Shown here in pieces: positions 36,983 to 48,934 of a stretch of 64,000 nucleotides of DNA (position 1 is the stretch's first letter; each line of letters begins with the position of its first letter). The stretch covers positions 30,196,001 through 30,260,000 of the forward strand of contig CM059437.1 of the NCBI GenBank assembly GCA_030390025.1, in the 5' to 3' direction. The stretch comes from Squalus acanthias (lineage: Eukaryota). The notes beneath the pieces are model-generated. The model did not search any database, had not been told where the DNA came from, and saw only the letters and a program-made list of their open reading frames with translations. The position numbers and the translations under genes were made by a program.

Positions 36983-37134
36983 GTCCGGAGGGAGAGCGGG
37001 GGAGGGTCCGGAGGGAGAGCGGGGGAGGGTCCGGAGGGAGAGCGGGGGAGGGTCCGGAGGGAGAGCGGGGGAGGGTCCGGAGGGAGAGCGGGGGAGGGTC
37101 TGGAGGGAGAGCGGGGGAGGGTCCGGAGGGAGAG
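36983..37134 (+). repeat. 23-bp G-rich minisatellite (GTCCGGAGGGAGAGCGGGGGAGG), about 6.6 copies
   Basis: Units start at 36983, 37006, 37029, 37052, 37075, 37098 (one C>T) and 37121 (partial). Confidence 0.95.
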
Positions 37135-38227
37135 TCTGGCACATCTTGTGCGAGTTAACATTCTCAGCTGACAAAGTCAAAGTACCGCTCGAAAGTGATG
37201 GACAGAAACTCAACAGACAACTTGAAGAGCTACAGAAATTAGCCCAGATTATCGACTTATCCCCAGTCGCTGTCTGTGCACCCAAACTCTGCCTTCTACA
37301 AGCTCCAAGAGAGGACATGTCTAGTCTTGGCACTGTTTCAGATGAATGGCCTTGTAAGGGTCACTACCACAGCTAAGTTTCTTTAACAAACAGCAACACT
37401 GCAAACATCTTCAGGCACTTTACAAACCACTCAAGCCCACATTCAGCCTCATGCGGATAAGCAAACAGCTGCTGCTGTCGCTCCCCCCCCCCCCCCCCCA
37501 ATCGCCACTTCCTGATTCACCAGGTCTTCTCGTGGTTCCCTGCACCTTGGCCTCTCAATTACGACAAATAAATTCACAAGGACATACCTGCATCTGCTGC
37601 TACCCAGCCCGGTTCCTTCTGGAAAGCCAAGGAGATTTAGGCCCAGCCCCAAACACTCAGCACAGACTCTGCGCACTCGCAGCTCCTACACTCTCGCACC
37701 TCTGAAAGAATTTGCTCTTTTTTTTTAAAAATAAAGATTTTTTTTCTTCACTCCTTGAGTGCTCTGCCATTCCAATTTTAAACACCAATATCACAGATTA
37801 GGGGTTTTATTCTGTTTTTCGGTCGTCTGATACGAAACTTTGTCAAGAGTACTGAGGGAACAATCATTAATCCTGAAACCAGCCACAGCCTTTTCATCTG
37901 TCATCTCGAACCCTTCCACTGGGTTTCACCACAAGGGGAAGAACAATATGAGTCGCTGATATAATACTGACAGACTTGTTAGAGTGCAAAGCTCGCTGTC
38001 CTGAGCTCTGATCCATCTCATTTCAAAAGGTCACAGCCACCCACCTGTCTCACAGGAGGTGCCAAGAGCCAACAGTCCAAACATCAGTCTGTCACTTGCT
38101 GCTGGCAAGGACCAGTGGGCACATCAGGCTGGTACAGTAATTTGTGTGAACTCCCTAGCCTCAGGCTGAGACTGGAGAAGTTATAATGGGGAATAAGGAA
38201 ATGGCAGAGAAATTAAACAAATACTTT

Positions 38228-39061
38228 GGGCTGGATTTTACCAGCCCTGAGGAGGCGGGGCTGGAGGCGGCACTGCTGGGAAAGTCAAAGAATGGGAGCG
38301 GGTCCCGAACCCGCCTCCAACCAATCTTCCCGAGAGTCAGGTCCCCGATTTACTCTGGGACCCTACTCCTAGTGGAAGAAGAGGATTATAGCCACTTAAC
38401 TGCCTGTTAACAGGCAGTTAAGAGGCTTTTTCCCCATTTTGCGACTTCTGCCGGGCTTCCCGACGTCGGGGAACCTCACCAGGGTAAGTGAGGCGAGCTG
38501 TGGGTCTGTTGTAATGTTTGTGTATAGATGACAGCTGTCGAAGTGGTGTGAAGGATGCAATGGGACACTGGTGAGTATCAGAGGTAAGGAAATGTTGGGA
38601 AAGTCATTTTTAATGTGTTTAGATTTTTCTGTAGGTGACAAGCTTTGAAGTGTTTGTGTGGCCTCACCTCATTGGGAGAAGTGACAGATCGCTTCTGTAC
38701 CCTCACCTGCAGCTGCCATCTGTTTCATCCTAAGGAGTCACTGGAGAGCCTGGGAGCAAGGGCTCACCTTTGTACAGTGATTGTCAGTGTTTGACAGCAC
38801 CTCAATGCTGTCAAACACTGTCAAATCATTTGTCAAAAATAGATGGTTCATGTCCCTTTAAGAAAACCGGCAGATGAAGCGTCATCAACTGACGTCATCT
38901 GACACCGGCTTTCCCTTAATTGGCCGGCAAGCCCACAGGGCTTAACAAGGCCAATCAGGGGAAAATAGCGTCTGTGCATCAGGACGTCACTGGGAGCGGG
39001 ACTAGAACCCGGAAGGCAGCAGTCCCGCCCCCAACTCATCTCGGTGAGTAAAATCCAGCCC
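38228..39061. mobile_element. Harbinger-type MITE inside CR1
   Basis: Perfect 14-bp TIR GGGCTGGATTTTAC and TSD TTT; subterminal blocks shared with 20193-21904. Confidence 0.85.
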
Positions 39062-40523
39062 TTTGTGTCTGTCTTCACGGAGACGACGCAAAAAACTTCC
39101 TGGAAATAGTGGAGAACCAAGGGTCTAGCGAGAATTAGAAACTGAAAGAAATTAGTATTAGTAATAAAAAGTACTGGAGAAATTAATGGAACTGAAAGCC
39201 AATAAATCCCCTGGACCTGATGGCCTACATCCTAGGGTTTTGAAAGAGGTGGCTATAGAGATGGTGGATGCATTGGTTGTCATTTTCCCAAAATTCCATA
39301 GATTCTAGAATGGTTCCAGCGGATTGGAAGGTAGCAAATGTAACCCCACTATTTAAGAAAGGAGGGAGAGAGAAAACGGGGAACTACAGACTAGTTAGCC
39401 TGACATCAGTAGTAGGGAAAATGCTAGAATCCATTATTAAGGACGTGGTAACAGGGCACTTAGAAAATAATAATAGGATTGGGCAGAGTCAACACAGATT
39501 TATGAAAGGGAAATCGTGTTTGACAAATCTGTTAGAGTTTTTTGAGGTTGTAACTAACAGAATAAATAAAGGGGAACCAGTGGATGTGGTGTATTTGGAT
39601 TTTCAGAAGGCATTCGATAAGGTGCCACACAAGATGTTATTAAACAAAATTAGGGCTCATGGGATTGGGGGTAATATACTAGCATGGATTGAGGATTGGT
39701 TAACGGACAGAAAACAGAGATTAGGGATAAACGGATCTTTTTCAGGTTGGCAGGCTGTAACTAGTGGGGTGCCACAAGGATCAGTGTTGGGGCCTCAGCT
39801 ATTTACAATCTATATTAATGACCGAGATGAAGGGACCGCGTGTAATGTATCCAAGTTTGCTGATGATACAAAGCGAGGTGGGACAGTAAGCTGTGAGGAA
39901 GACACAAAGGGTCTGCAAAGTGATATAGATAGACTAAGTGAGTGGGCAGTAAGGTGGCAGATGGAGTATAATGTAGGGAAATATGATGTTATTCACTTTG
40001 GTAGGAAGAATAGAAAAACTGAATATTTTTTAAATGGTGAGAAACTTTCAAATGTTGGTGACCAGAGAGATTTGGGTGTCCTCGTGCAAGAAACACAGAA
40101 AGCTAGCATGCAGGTACAGCAAGCAATAAAGAAGGCAAATGGCATGTTGGCCTTTATTGCAAGGGAGTTTGAGTATAAGAATAAGGAAGTCTTGCTACAA
40201 TTGTACAGAGCCTTGGTGAGATCACACCTGGAGTACTATGCATAGTTTTGGTCTCCTTATCTAAGGAAGGATATACTTGCCTTGGAGGCGGTGCAACGAA
40301 AGTTCACTAGATTGATTCCTGGGATGAGAGGGCTGTCCTATGATGAGAGATTATGTAGAATGGGCCTCTACTCTCTGGAGTTTAGAAGAATGAGAGGTGA
40401 TCTCATTGAAACATACAAGATTCTGAGGGGGATTGACGGGGTAGATGCTGAGAGGTTGTTTCCCCTGGCTGGAGTGTCTAGAACTAGGGGGCATAGTCTC
40501 AGGATAAGGGGTAGGCCATTTAA

Positions 40524-41090
40524 ACATAGAAACATAGAAACATAGAATCTAGGAGCAGGAGTAGGCCATTCGGCCCGTCGAGCCTGCTCCGCCATTCAAT
40601 ACAATCATGGCTGATCATCCAAATCCAGTACCCTGTCCCTGCTTTAATCCCCACAGTACACATATCCCACCCTACCCCCGTAACCCCACGTATTTAATTC
40701 CCCCTAACATATCCCATCCTATTCCCATAACCCCACGTATTTAATTCCCCCTAACATATCCCATCCTATCCCCATAACCCCACATATTTAATTCCCCCTA
40801 ACATATCCCACCCTACCCCCGTAACCCCACGTATTTAATTCCCCCTAACATATCCCATCCTATCCCCATAACCCCACATATTTAATCCCCCCTAACACTA
40901 AGGGTCAATTTATCATAGCCAAATCAACCTAACCCACACATTTTTGGACTGTGGGAGGAAACCGGAGCACCCGGAGGAAACCCACGCAGACACGGGGAGA
41001 ATGTGCAAACTCCACACAGACAGTCACCCGAGGTCAGATTCGAACCCGGGTCTCTGGCGCTGTGAGGCACCAGTGCTAACCACTATGCCA
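40524..41090 (-). mobile_element. HE1-type V-SINE with an expanded internal 47-bp repeat
   Basis: Reverse complement of 31790-32214 with five units at 40661-40895. Confidence 0.9.
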
Positions 41091-42345
41091 GACTAAGATG
41101 AGGAGGAATTTCTTCACTCAGAGGGTTGTGAATCTTTGGAATTCTCTGCCCCAGAGGGCTGTGCATGCTGAGTCTTTGCGTATATTCAAGGCTAAGATAA
41201 ATAGATTTTTGGACTCTAGGAGAATCAAGGGATATGGAGATCGGACGGGAAAGTGGAGTTGAGGTCGATGATCAGCCATGATCTTATTGAATGGCGGAGC
41301 AGGCTCGAGGGGCCGTATGGCCGACTCCTGCTCCTAATTCTTATGTTCTTATGTTGTTGACCCAGTCGCTGCTCAGAACACCCCAGACACTCAGCGCGCC
41401 GCTAGCCTCCTTCTTTGGCTAGTTGTTCATCGCCTGTTGTGATTTTTGTCAGGTGGCTTTAACGGTCGAGGATTAGCCCGAGCTCCGGATGTGCCGGGGA
41501 GCAGTAAGCCGCCACTTTCGCGCCCGCGACTCCTCGGCTGATGAGCTTCCAATTTCCTTGGGACATCAGAGGCGCCGAGGGCACGGTACTGAGAGGTAGT
41601 GGATGGGTTTTTACTCAGACTGACAGGATGGGACTGATGGACTGCTTCCAGTCTTGTACATTTCTGATCCTATATTCCATAGGGTGGCACTTTCAAACTT
41701 TTGGCCAAGACACATTGTTGGGCAGAGTGGAGGGAGCCTGACCCTGCATCTACCATTATGTCAGTGTGCTTGATATACAGAGCCTTTCACAACCTCAGGA
41801 CGTCCCAAAGCGCTTTACAGCCAATGAAGTCCGTTTGAAGTGTAGTCACTGTTGTAAAATAAGCTCATTTGTGCAAGTATAAATACTCCAACTTTAACAT
41901 CAGAACTCCAAATTTTCTATTATGAATCATGTATGTTTGGTGTGTTATTTAGAAGCCCATACCCATGAAAAATTAGATTACTTATAGCAACAAAATAATT
42001 AGCTGTCCATATTTGCTGTGCTGATTTAGTGCCAAGTGTTACTACAGGTTTCTCTTAATTTGAAGCTGCTGAATTCAAATTATCTGATAACGCTTTGATT
42101 TCGCACTAAATTCCCACTTTGCTGTGTTATTTACATTGCTTGATTCAAATTATTGGATAATTGAAGCACAAAAAAAATTGATTGCATTATATGGGGTAGA
42201 GTGTAATAACCTGCTATAACCACAAGGGGGCACCACAAACTGCAGATTCACCCCAGGAGCAGATTACAATCTGACTGGTTAATTTACAAGGAATTTTCGT
42301 TACATTTCTGTGGTCTCCCCGCTGCTCCAAAACTGGTATACCAAT

Positions 42346-42670
42346 CCGCCTTTCGGATGAGATTTTAAACCGAGGCCCCATCTGCCCTCTTAGGTGGATG
42401 TAAAAGATCCCACGGCACTCTTTCGAAGAAGAGCAGGGGAGTTGTCCCCAGTGTCCTGGGGCCAATATTTATCCCTCAATCAACATCACTAAAACAGATT
42501 ATCTGGTCATTATCACATTGTGTTTGTGGGAGCTTGCTGTGCACAAATTGACTGCCACGTTTCCCACATTACAACAGTGACTGCACTTCAAAAGTACTTC
42601 ATTGGCTGTAAAGCGCTTTGGGACGACCGGAGGTGGTGAAAGGCGCTATATAAATCCAAGTCTGTTTTTT
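42346..42670 (+). mobile_element. 5'-truncated DeuSINE
   Basis: Deu core and tail. Confidence 0.85.
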
Positions 42671-43052
42671 CTAGTGATGTCCTACACTGTAGGAATTGGC
42701 TTTCTGCCCAGGTTTCTCAATAAAAAAATATTGAGAGTTAAGATGTTGAGGGGATAAAAAGTGTATGGCATGAAACATAAAACTGGCAATTTAAACTTGT
42801 GCTCCCTTCCCTCCCCAACCTCTTTCCTGGCCACACGCCCTGCCCCCACCCTGGCTGTGTCCCCCCTGGACTCAAACACAGACACCAATCTGGCGGACAT
42901 TTTGTTACCTGTGGGCCTCCTGGCCTTTGCACAAAATGGCTGCAACGATCCAAAAACACTCATCGCCGCGGCAGCGAAAATACTGAAACACGCAATTTGA
43001 ATGCTTGCGCGTAATTGCGCACGTGTCTCTTGCCTTCCTATATCGCCGTTCC

Positions 43053-43207
43053 CGGGGGTAGATTTTACCCAATCAATCTGTGGGGTCAATGTTGGTGTTT
43101 GATGCTGAGCTTTGTTCTAAAAACGTATATCGGGGCATCGGGCCTGGCGATTTTCTGTCCGATATGAGCTCCCAGTGCACAAAATTCTAAAGATAAAAAT
43201 TCTCCCC
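43053..43207. mobile_element. Small MITE
   Basis: Imperfect TIR gggggtagatttta / taaaaattctcccc. Confidence 0.45.
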
Positions 43208-43239
43208 TCTGTTTATAGAGTATTTAGTTATTTTATTAC

Positions 43240-44120
43240 TTAGAGTACTGTGCACGGTTCTTGTCTCCGTATTACAAAAAGGATATAGAGGCACTGGAGA
43301 TGGTGCAAAAAAGATTTACAAGGATGATACCGGAACAGAGGTTCTAACTCTAGTCAGCTGTGGCTCAGTGGGTAGCACACTTGCCTCGGAGTCAGAAGGT
43401 TGCAGGTTCAAGTCCCACTCCTGGGACTTGAGCACTTAAAGCTAGGCTGCAGTGCAGTACTGAAGGAGTGCTGCACTGTCGGAGGTGCCGTCTTTCGGAA
43501 GAGACGTTAAACCGAGGCCCCGTCCGCTCTCACTCAGGTGGACGTAAAAGATCCCATGGCACTATTTCGAAGAAAAGTAGGGGAGTTATCCCCGGTGTCC
43601 TGAGATTATCTGAGATTATCTGCTCATTATCACATTGCTGTTAGTGGGAGCTGCCGCGTTTCCCACATTATAACAGTGACAGTACTTCATTGGCTGTAAA
43701 GCGCTTTGAGACGTCCGGTAGTCATGTAAGGCGCTGTATAAGTGCAAGTCTTTCTTTCTTTAACTATCGGAAAAGATTGACCAGGCTGGGTGCTCTTTTC
43801 TCAAGAAAAGGGAAGGCTGAGGGGTGACCTAGTTGAGGTCTTTAAAATTATGAAGGGGTTTGATTGGGTAAACGTAGAGAAGATTTTTTCCACTTGTGGG
43901 GGAGACCAGAACTAGGGCCATAAATATAAGATAGTCACTAATAAATCCAATAAGGAATTCAGGAGAAACTTCTTTATCCAGAGAGTGGTTAGAATGTGGA
44001 ACTCGCTACCACAGGGAGTAGTTGAGGCGAATAGTATAGATGCATTTAAGGGGAAGCTAGATAAACACATGAGGGAGAAAGGAATAGAAGGATATGCTGA
44101 TAGGGTGAGATGAAGTAGAG
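43240..44120 (+). mobile_element. CR1 3' fragment split by a DeuSINE (about 43353-43760)
   Basis: CR1 is collinear across the insertion; duplication TAACT. Confidence 0.85.
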
Positions 44121-44872
44121 TTCCCAGGTGTCTCTACAGACTGATGCACAGGTCTGAAGCACTTGGGAGTTCATCCCCAATTACGTTGCAATCTGGTGGG
44201 TGGGCACTGCTGGCAATGCTAATGATGGGCATACTGCATCATTGCAGTTGGATTCCTGAACAAGTGTCCTCGACGCTGACTGCTTATCCTCCCAGCCTTC
44301 TCTCAACAGAGCCGTCCGTGGCGTCTCAGCCAGCTGTCATGTTTACTCAGCTGCTGTGCCCAGGGAGAAGGGGGCAGGATGCCTTCTGGCGAAGGACAGA
44401 CCTTTCCTGTCCTCCGAACCCAGGAACGTCAGTGTCTCATTACCGCTGGAGCAATCTCATGCTTAATTGAATTCCATGCGTAGATGAGATGTTGTTGAGC
44501 GAGAAATGCAACAAAAGACAAAGGGGCATCGTACTTCTGAGGAAAGTCTTTGAGATTTTGTACACACAAAAGCTCAGATTGAAACGTATCCTGGCAGTGG
44601 GGGCGGCCAAAATCGGCCGGTGGTGGTGGTGGTGGGGGGGGGGGGCGCGGCGCGATTGGCAGCTTTTGGTCTCCGGATCCTTATCCAATAACTGTTGCTG
44701 GAAAGTGTGTCCGAACCATAGGAATTTACAGCACAGAATGAGCCCATTCAGCCCATCGTGACTTAGCTGCAGGAACCCCCCCCCCCACCGGCCCTGGTCT
44801 AGGGTAAAAATAAAACTAAATCAGCTGGGGTCTGATGCCCAATGACCACCACTAGGACGTGCCTCTGCGAAC

Positions 44873-45275
44873 TAGGGTATGGTAGCATAGTGATTATGTT
44901 ACTGGACTAGTAATCCGGAGAATTGAGAGTTCAAATTCCACCATGGCAGTTTAAAAAATAACGGAAATAAAAAGCTGGCATCAGTAAAAGTGACCATGAA
45001 GCTTGCTGGATTTTCCTAAAAACCCAACTGGTTCACTGATGTCCCTTAGGAAAGGAAACGTGCTACCCTTACCCGGTCTGGTCTATAATGTGACTCCAGT
45101 CCCACACCAATGTGGTTGACTCTCAACTTCCCTCTGAAGGCTGGGGGGGGGGGGGGGGGGAGGGCCCTAGAAAAACAGTTGTACCAAACTGCTGGCAACT
45201 AGGGATGGGCAACAATTGCTGTCCTCGCCGGGGGGGCACCCACATCCCGAGACAGAATTAAGAATTAAAAAGAAA
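44873..45275 (+). mobile_element. tRNA-headed SINE with family-B tail
   Basis: Same family as 3505-3959. Other copies at about 53210-53425 (-) and 54523-55185 (+, split by CR1). Confidence 0.75.
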
Positions 45276-45522
45276 ATGTGTCCATTGTGTGAGAACAGGC
45301 TTGGCTGGGATGCCCCCTTGTGGTTGAATAGCCCAGCTGCCACTCACTCTATAGGCCAGTTGTGTGAGGCACCAGATGGCATCCAGTGCCTACATCACAG
45401 CATGGGTGCAAGGGCCTGCATGACAGTACAGAAGGAAAATTAAAAGAATTAAGAAAAGTGGGTTGGAGAGGAGAAGTACTGACATTGATTTCTTCACTGA
45501 GGCGCTCTGGTTAAACACTTAC

Positions 45523-45578
45523 TGGTCTTCTTCTGTGTTCTTTATCCACTCCATGTCATGGGGGTCACAGGTCAGCTC
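45523..45578 (-). CDS. TBKBP1: TBKBP1 short internal coding exon (ELTCDPHDMEWIKNTEEDQ)
   Basis: 56 nt, phase 0/2, acceptor ctcccag, donor CA|gtaagt. Resembles human DLASNQSERDMAWVKRVGDDQ, the segment just before the TBK1-binding domain. Confidence 0.88.
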
Positions 45579-46555
45579 CTGGGAGGGGAGCAGAGAGTAG
45601 ACAATGAACATTGAAACAGCAGCTCTTTGGAAAATCAAGACAATTCATCACCATTTTATTGACCTATTTCTACCCTTCAATTTCTGCGTGTGATGATCAC
45701 GACAGAAAGTTCTAAACATGGATCCTGTTTATACCACTGGCTGTTGTGTGAATCCACGAGGGATTCAACTAACTTTGCAATTCAAGAGCTGTGAATCAGC
45801 GCTGTGAATCAGCACTGTGCAAAGGACAGCTTCGTTCAATGAGTTGATTAACCCATGGATAGAGGCTGCACCTGACACAGTGCGACAACATAATCCAACG
45901 TGTGCATATTGCTTACTTTATGTTCCAAAAACATCTACATCAATGCATTAAAAATCTTATTAAAAGGTTCCTATGTCCACATTTAGAATGGGAAGTGACT
46001 GTATAATCTTTTCACACTGCCATCACACTCTCCGGCCAGTGGAGGCGCTGCAGCCCCGGGGTGCTGATGCCAATTGTACTGTTCGCTCAGATGACATAAC
46101 TCGCCAAGGCTTCTTCGGCAGCACCTCCCAAACCCACGACCTCTACCACCTAGAAGGACAAGGGCAGCAGGCGCATGGGAACACCACCACCTCCAAGTCA
46201 CACACCATCCTGACTTGGAAATATAGCACCATTCCTTCATCGTCGCTGGACCAAAATCCTGGAACTCCCTCCCTAACAGCACTGTGGGAGCACCTTCACC
46301 ACAAGGACTGCAGCGGTTCAAGAAGGCGGCTCACCACCACCTTCTCAAGGGCAACTAGGGATGGGCAATAAATGCTGGCCTTGCCAGCGACGCCCACATC
46401 CCAGGAATGAATAAAAAAAAGAGATTGGCTAACTCAGCACAGACCGGGGTGGGTTCAAACCTTTGCCCTTCCTGGACTGTATGACTCAGCTCCTCACTGA
46501 GGGAACCTTTCGGGTTACTTTTTAAAGGGTGTCTGCTTTTTCTCCCCCCACTGAC

Positions 46556-46761
46556 CTGTGCACAGCTTTCCTGCAGACTGCGTTGGCTCAGCTGCGACTG
46601 TAAGCGATCACACTCCTCTTTGTATTGTCCCTCCCGCCACTGGCAACTGTGCAGCTTCCTCTGGAGTTCATCTACCTCATCCTGCAACCTCTGAACCTCC
46701 AGCTTATCCAGCTGGCGATCCACCGCCCTGGAGCTCTGTTGCCGCCTCGGACTCTCCAGCA
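46556..46761 (-). CDS. TBKBP1: TBKBP1 internal coding exon (VLESPRRQQ...LEVQRLQDEVDELQRKLHSCQWREGQYKEECDRLQSQLSQRSLQESCAQ)
   Basis: 206 nt, phase 1/0, so it joins the previous exon in frame. Acceptor tgtgttgcag, donor CAG|gtcagt. Resembles human LERRRLEEALE...REEQLQAECERLQGELKQLQETRAQ. Confidence 0.9.
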
Positions 46762-47029
46762 CTGCAACACAAGGCAAGGGAGCAGAGTCAGGTTCAATAC
46801 GCATCAAACACGCAGCGAGTAGACACTAAATCTTTCATCAAAAACTCTTCAATCCTTTAAAGCTAATTATAAGGAGATTAAAGGCAGCAACACAGTCCTG
46901 TGCATTCTGCTGACACTATAAATTACTTGGGCTATACCAAACATCATCGATCTGAAATGTTAACTCGATGTCTCTCTCCACAGATCCCAAGGGTTTCCAG
47001 CATTTTCTGTTTTTATTTCAGATTAGTGT

Positions 47030-47475
47030 TCAATTCCACGCACCACACTTTAGGAATGATGTCAAGGCCTTCGAGAGTGTGCAGAAGAGATTTACTGGAA
47101 TAGTACCAGGGATGAGGTGACTTCAGTTATGTGGAGAGACTGGAGAAGCTGGGGTTGGCAACTTGCATTTATATAGCGCCTTTAATGTAGTAAAATGACA
47201 CAAGGCGCTTCACAGGAGCGATTAAACAACAAAATTTAGCACCAAGCCACATAAGGAGATATTAGGGCAGGTGACCAAAAGCTTGGTAAAAGAGGTCGGT
47301 TTTAAGGAGTGTCTTAAAGGAGGAGAGAGGGAGAGAAGCAGAGAGGTTTAGTGAGGGAATTCCAGAGTTCAGGGCCTTGGCCGCCAATGGTGAAGCGATT
47401 AAAATCGGGAATGCGCAAGAGGCCAGAATTAGAGGAGCACAGATATCTCGGAGGGTTGTAGGGCTGAAGGACGTT
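47030..47475. mobile_element. CR1 fragment (+) abutting an L2 3' fragment (-)
   Basis: CR1 at about 47030-47157, L2 at about 47158-47475. Confidence 0.75.
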
Positions 47476-47974
47476 AAGATCAATGGAGAGGAAATTCGGG
47501 TGGGATGTAAAACCGGCGTTGGACACGATCTGGTCAGTTTCTAGATAAAATTGCACCCAAGCTAACGCAACACAGGCCAACCAGCTGGGGCGTCGCTGGT
47601 CTGTGAAGCTCAGTGCAACATCAGGGTGCTACATTTGCCAACTGAACCACTGGTGAGCTGACCACAGTCGCAAAGCACCCTTGTAAAAAAAAAAAATGCA
47701 TAATCCAGTAAACTGAACCCCAATATTGCTTCTAGGCTTAATCATAGAAGTTACAATGTGGAAATGGCCATTCAGTCCATCTAGTCTGTGTCGGCAGTTA
47801 CTCTCCACACAAGCAAATAGTTCATGTCATAGGCGATCAAGAGGCAGCATTCTGTCTCAATCTGCTAACATACTCCCCACCCCGTTAACAAAAAATGGAA
47901 AATATTAAACAAATATTGAACGGTATGATGCGTTCTGGTGTTTGCTCCAAGGCATCTTCGAACATGGGCTGGTA

Positions 47975-48395
47975 TAGAATTACAGAGCATAAAAAGCACA
48001 AACACTGGCAATTCGGCCCAACCAGTCCATGTCGCTGTTTATGCTCCACTCGAGCCTCCTCTCATCCTTCCTCATCTAACTCTATCAGCATAACCCTCTA
48101 TTCCCTTCTCCCTCATATGCTTGTCTAGCCTCCCCTTAAATGCATCTATACTATTGTGGTAGCGAGTTCCACATTCTCACCACTCCCTGGGTAAAGAAGT
48201 TTCTTCTGAATTCCCTATTTGATTTTTTGGTGACTATCTTATATTGATGGCCTCTAGTTTTGCTCTTCCCCACAAGTGGAAACACTCTCTCTGTGTCTAT
48301 TCTATTAAAACCTTTCACAATTTTAAAGACCTCTATTGGGTCACCCCTCAGCCTTCTCTTTTGAAGAGAAAAGAGACCCAGCCTGCTCATCCTTC
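47975..48395 (-). mobile_element. CR1 3' fragment with an internal deletion
   Basis: RLGLFSLQKRRLRGD...RRNFFTQGVVRMWNSLP. Confidence 0.88.
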
Positions 48396-48507
48396 AAGGT
48401 ATGGCGTACTTATACTTTGCCAGTTGGTTGTCTGCTGCCTTTTAACAGAGGCTGTTATTCGATGCATATCATTCCTCACACATGCCGGTCATGCTCCCTG
48501 GAACACA

Positions 48508-48882
48508 CTGGGCAAGAGAGCCCCAGGTGGGCAGAGGAAACGCTTCAAGGACACCCTCAAAGCCTCCTTGAAAAAGTGAAACATCCCCACCGACACCTGG
48601 GAATCCCTGGCCCAAGACCGCACAAAGTGGAGGAGAAGCATCCGGGAAGGCGCCGAACACCTCGAGTCTCTTCGCCGGGAGCAAGTGGAAGCCAAGCGCA
48701 AACAGCGGAAGGAGCACACGTCAACCCAAGCACCCCACCCACCCGCCCCTTCAACCACCGTCTGCCCCACCTGTGACAGAGACTGTAGGTCCCGCATTGG
48801 ACTCATCAGTCACCTGAGAACCCATTTTTAATGTGGAAGCAAGTCATCCTCGGTTCCGAGGGACTGCCCAAGAAGGAGAAGA
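48508..48882 (+). mobile_element. RTE-clade LINE 3' fragment
   Basis: GKRAPGGQRKRFKDTLKASLK*...WESLAQDRTKWRRSI...CPTCDRDCRSRIGLISHLRTH (C2H2 finger); short 3'UTR with a GAA-rich tail. Confidence 0.88.
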
Positions 48883-48934
48883 GGGTGCTTTATGTACAAG
48901 GTTTTATGTGAACAGACAGACAATGTCACAATAC

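Larger units (their letters stand above)
38160..41355 (+). mobile_element. Longest CR1 copy in the window (RT ORF 39268-40545 broken by an in-frame TAG at 40243), carrying MITE and SINE insertions
   Basis: YLDFQKAFDKVPH, SGVPQGSVLGP and KFADD motifs; ttatgttc tail repeats. Confidence 0.95.

Noticed and set aside
36766..37376. Pro-rich ORFs that might be the proline-rich exon of TBKBP1
   Set aside because: The open frames come from the 23-bp minisatellite, whose unit is not a multiple of 3. There is no TBKBP1 similarity and no compatible splice site.
39268..40545. Long reverse transcriptase ORFs as an active or domesticated gene
   Set aside because: 5'-truncated, no endonuclease domain, an in-frame stop and two nested insertions. 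All CR1 ORFs in the window are fragments.
40661..40895. Regularly spaced repeats suggesting a CRISPR array
   Set aside because: These are head-to-tail units without unique spacers, inside a SINE in vertebrate DNA, with no cas genes.
1..45000. TBX21 coding exons expected from mammalian synteny
   Set aside because: No T-box domain peptide is seen in the ORF track or by eye. The link to TBX21 is inference only.
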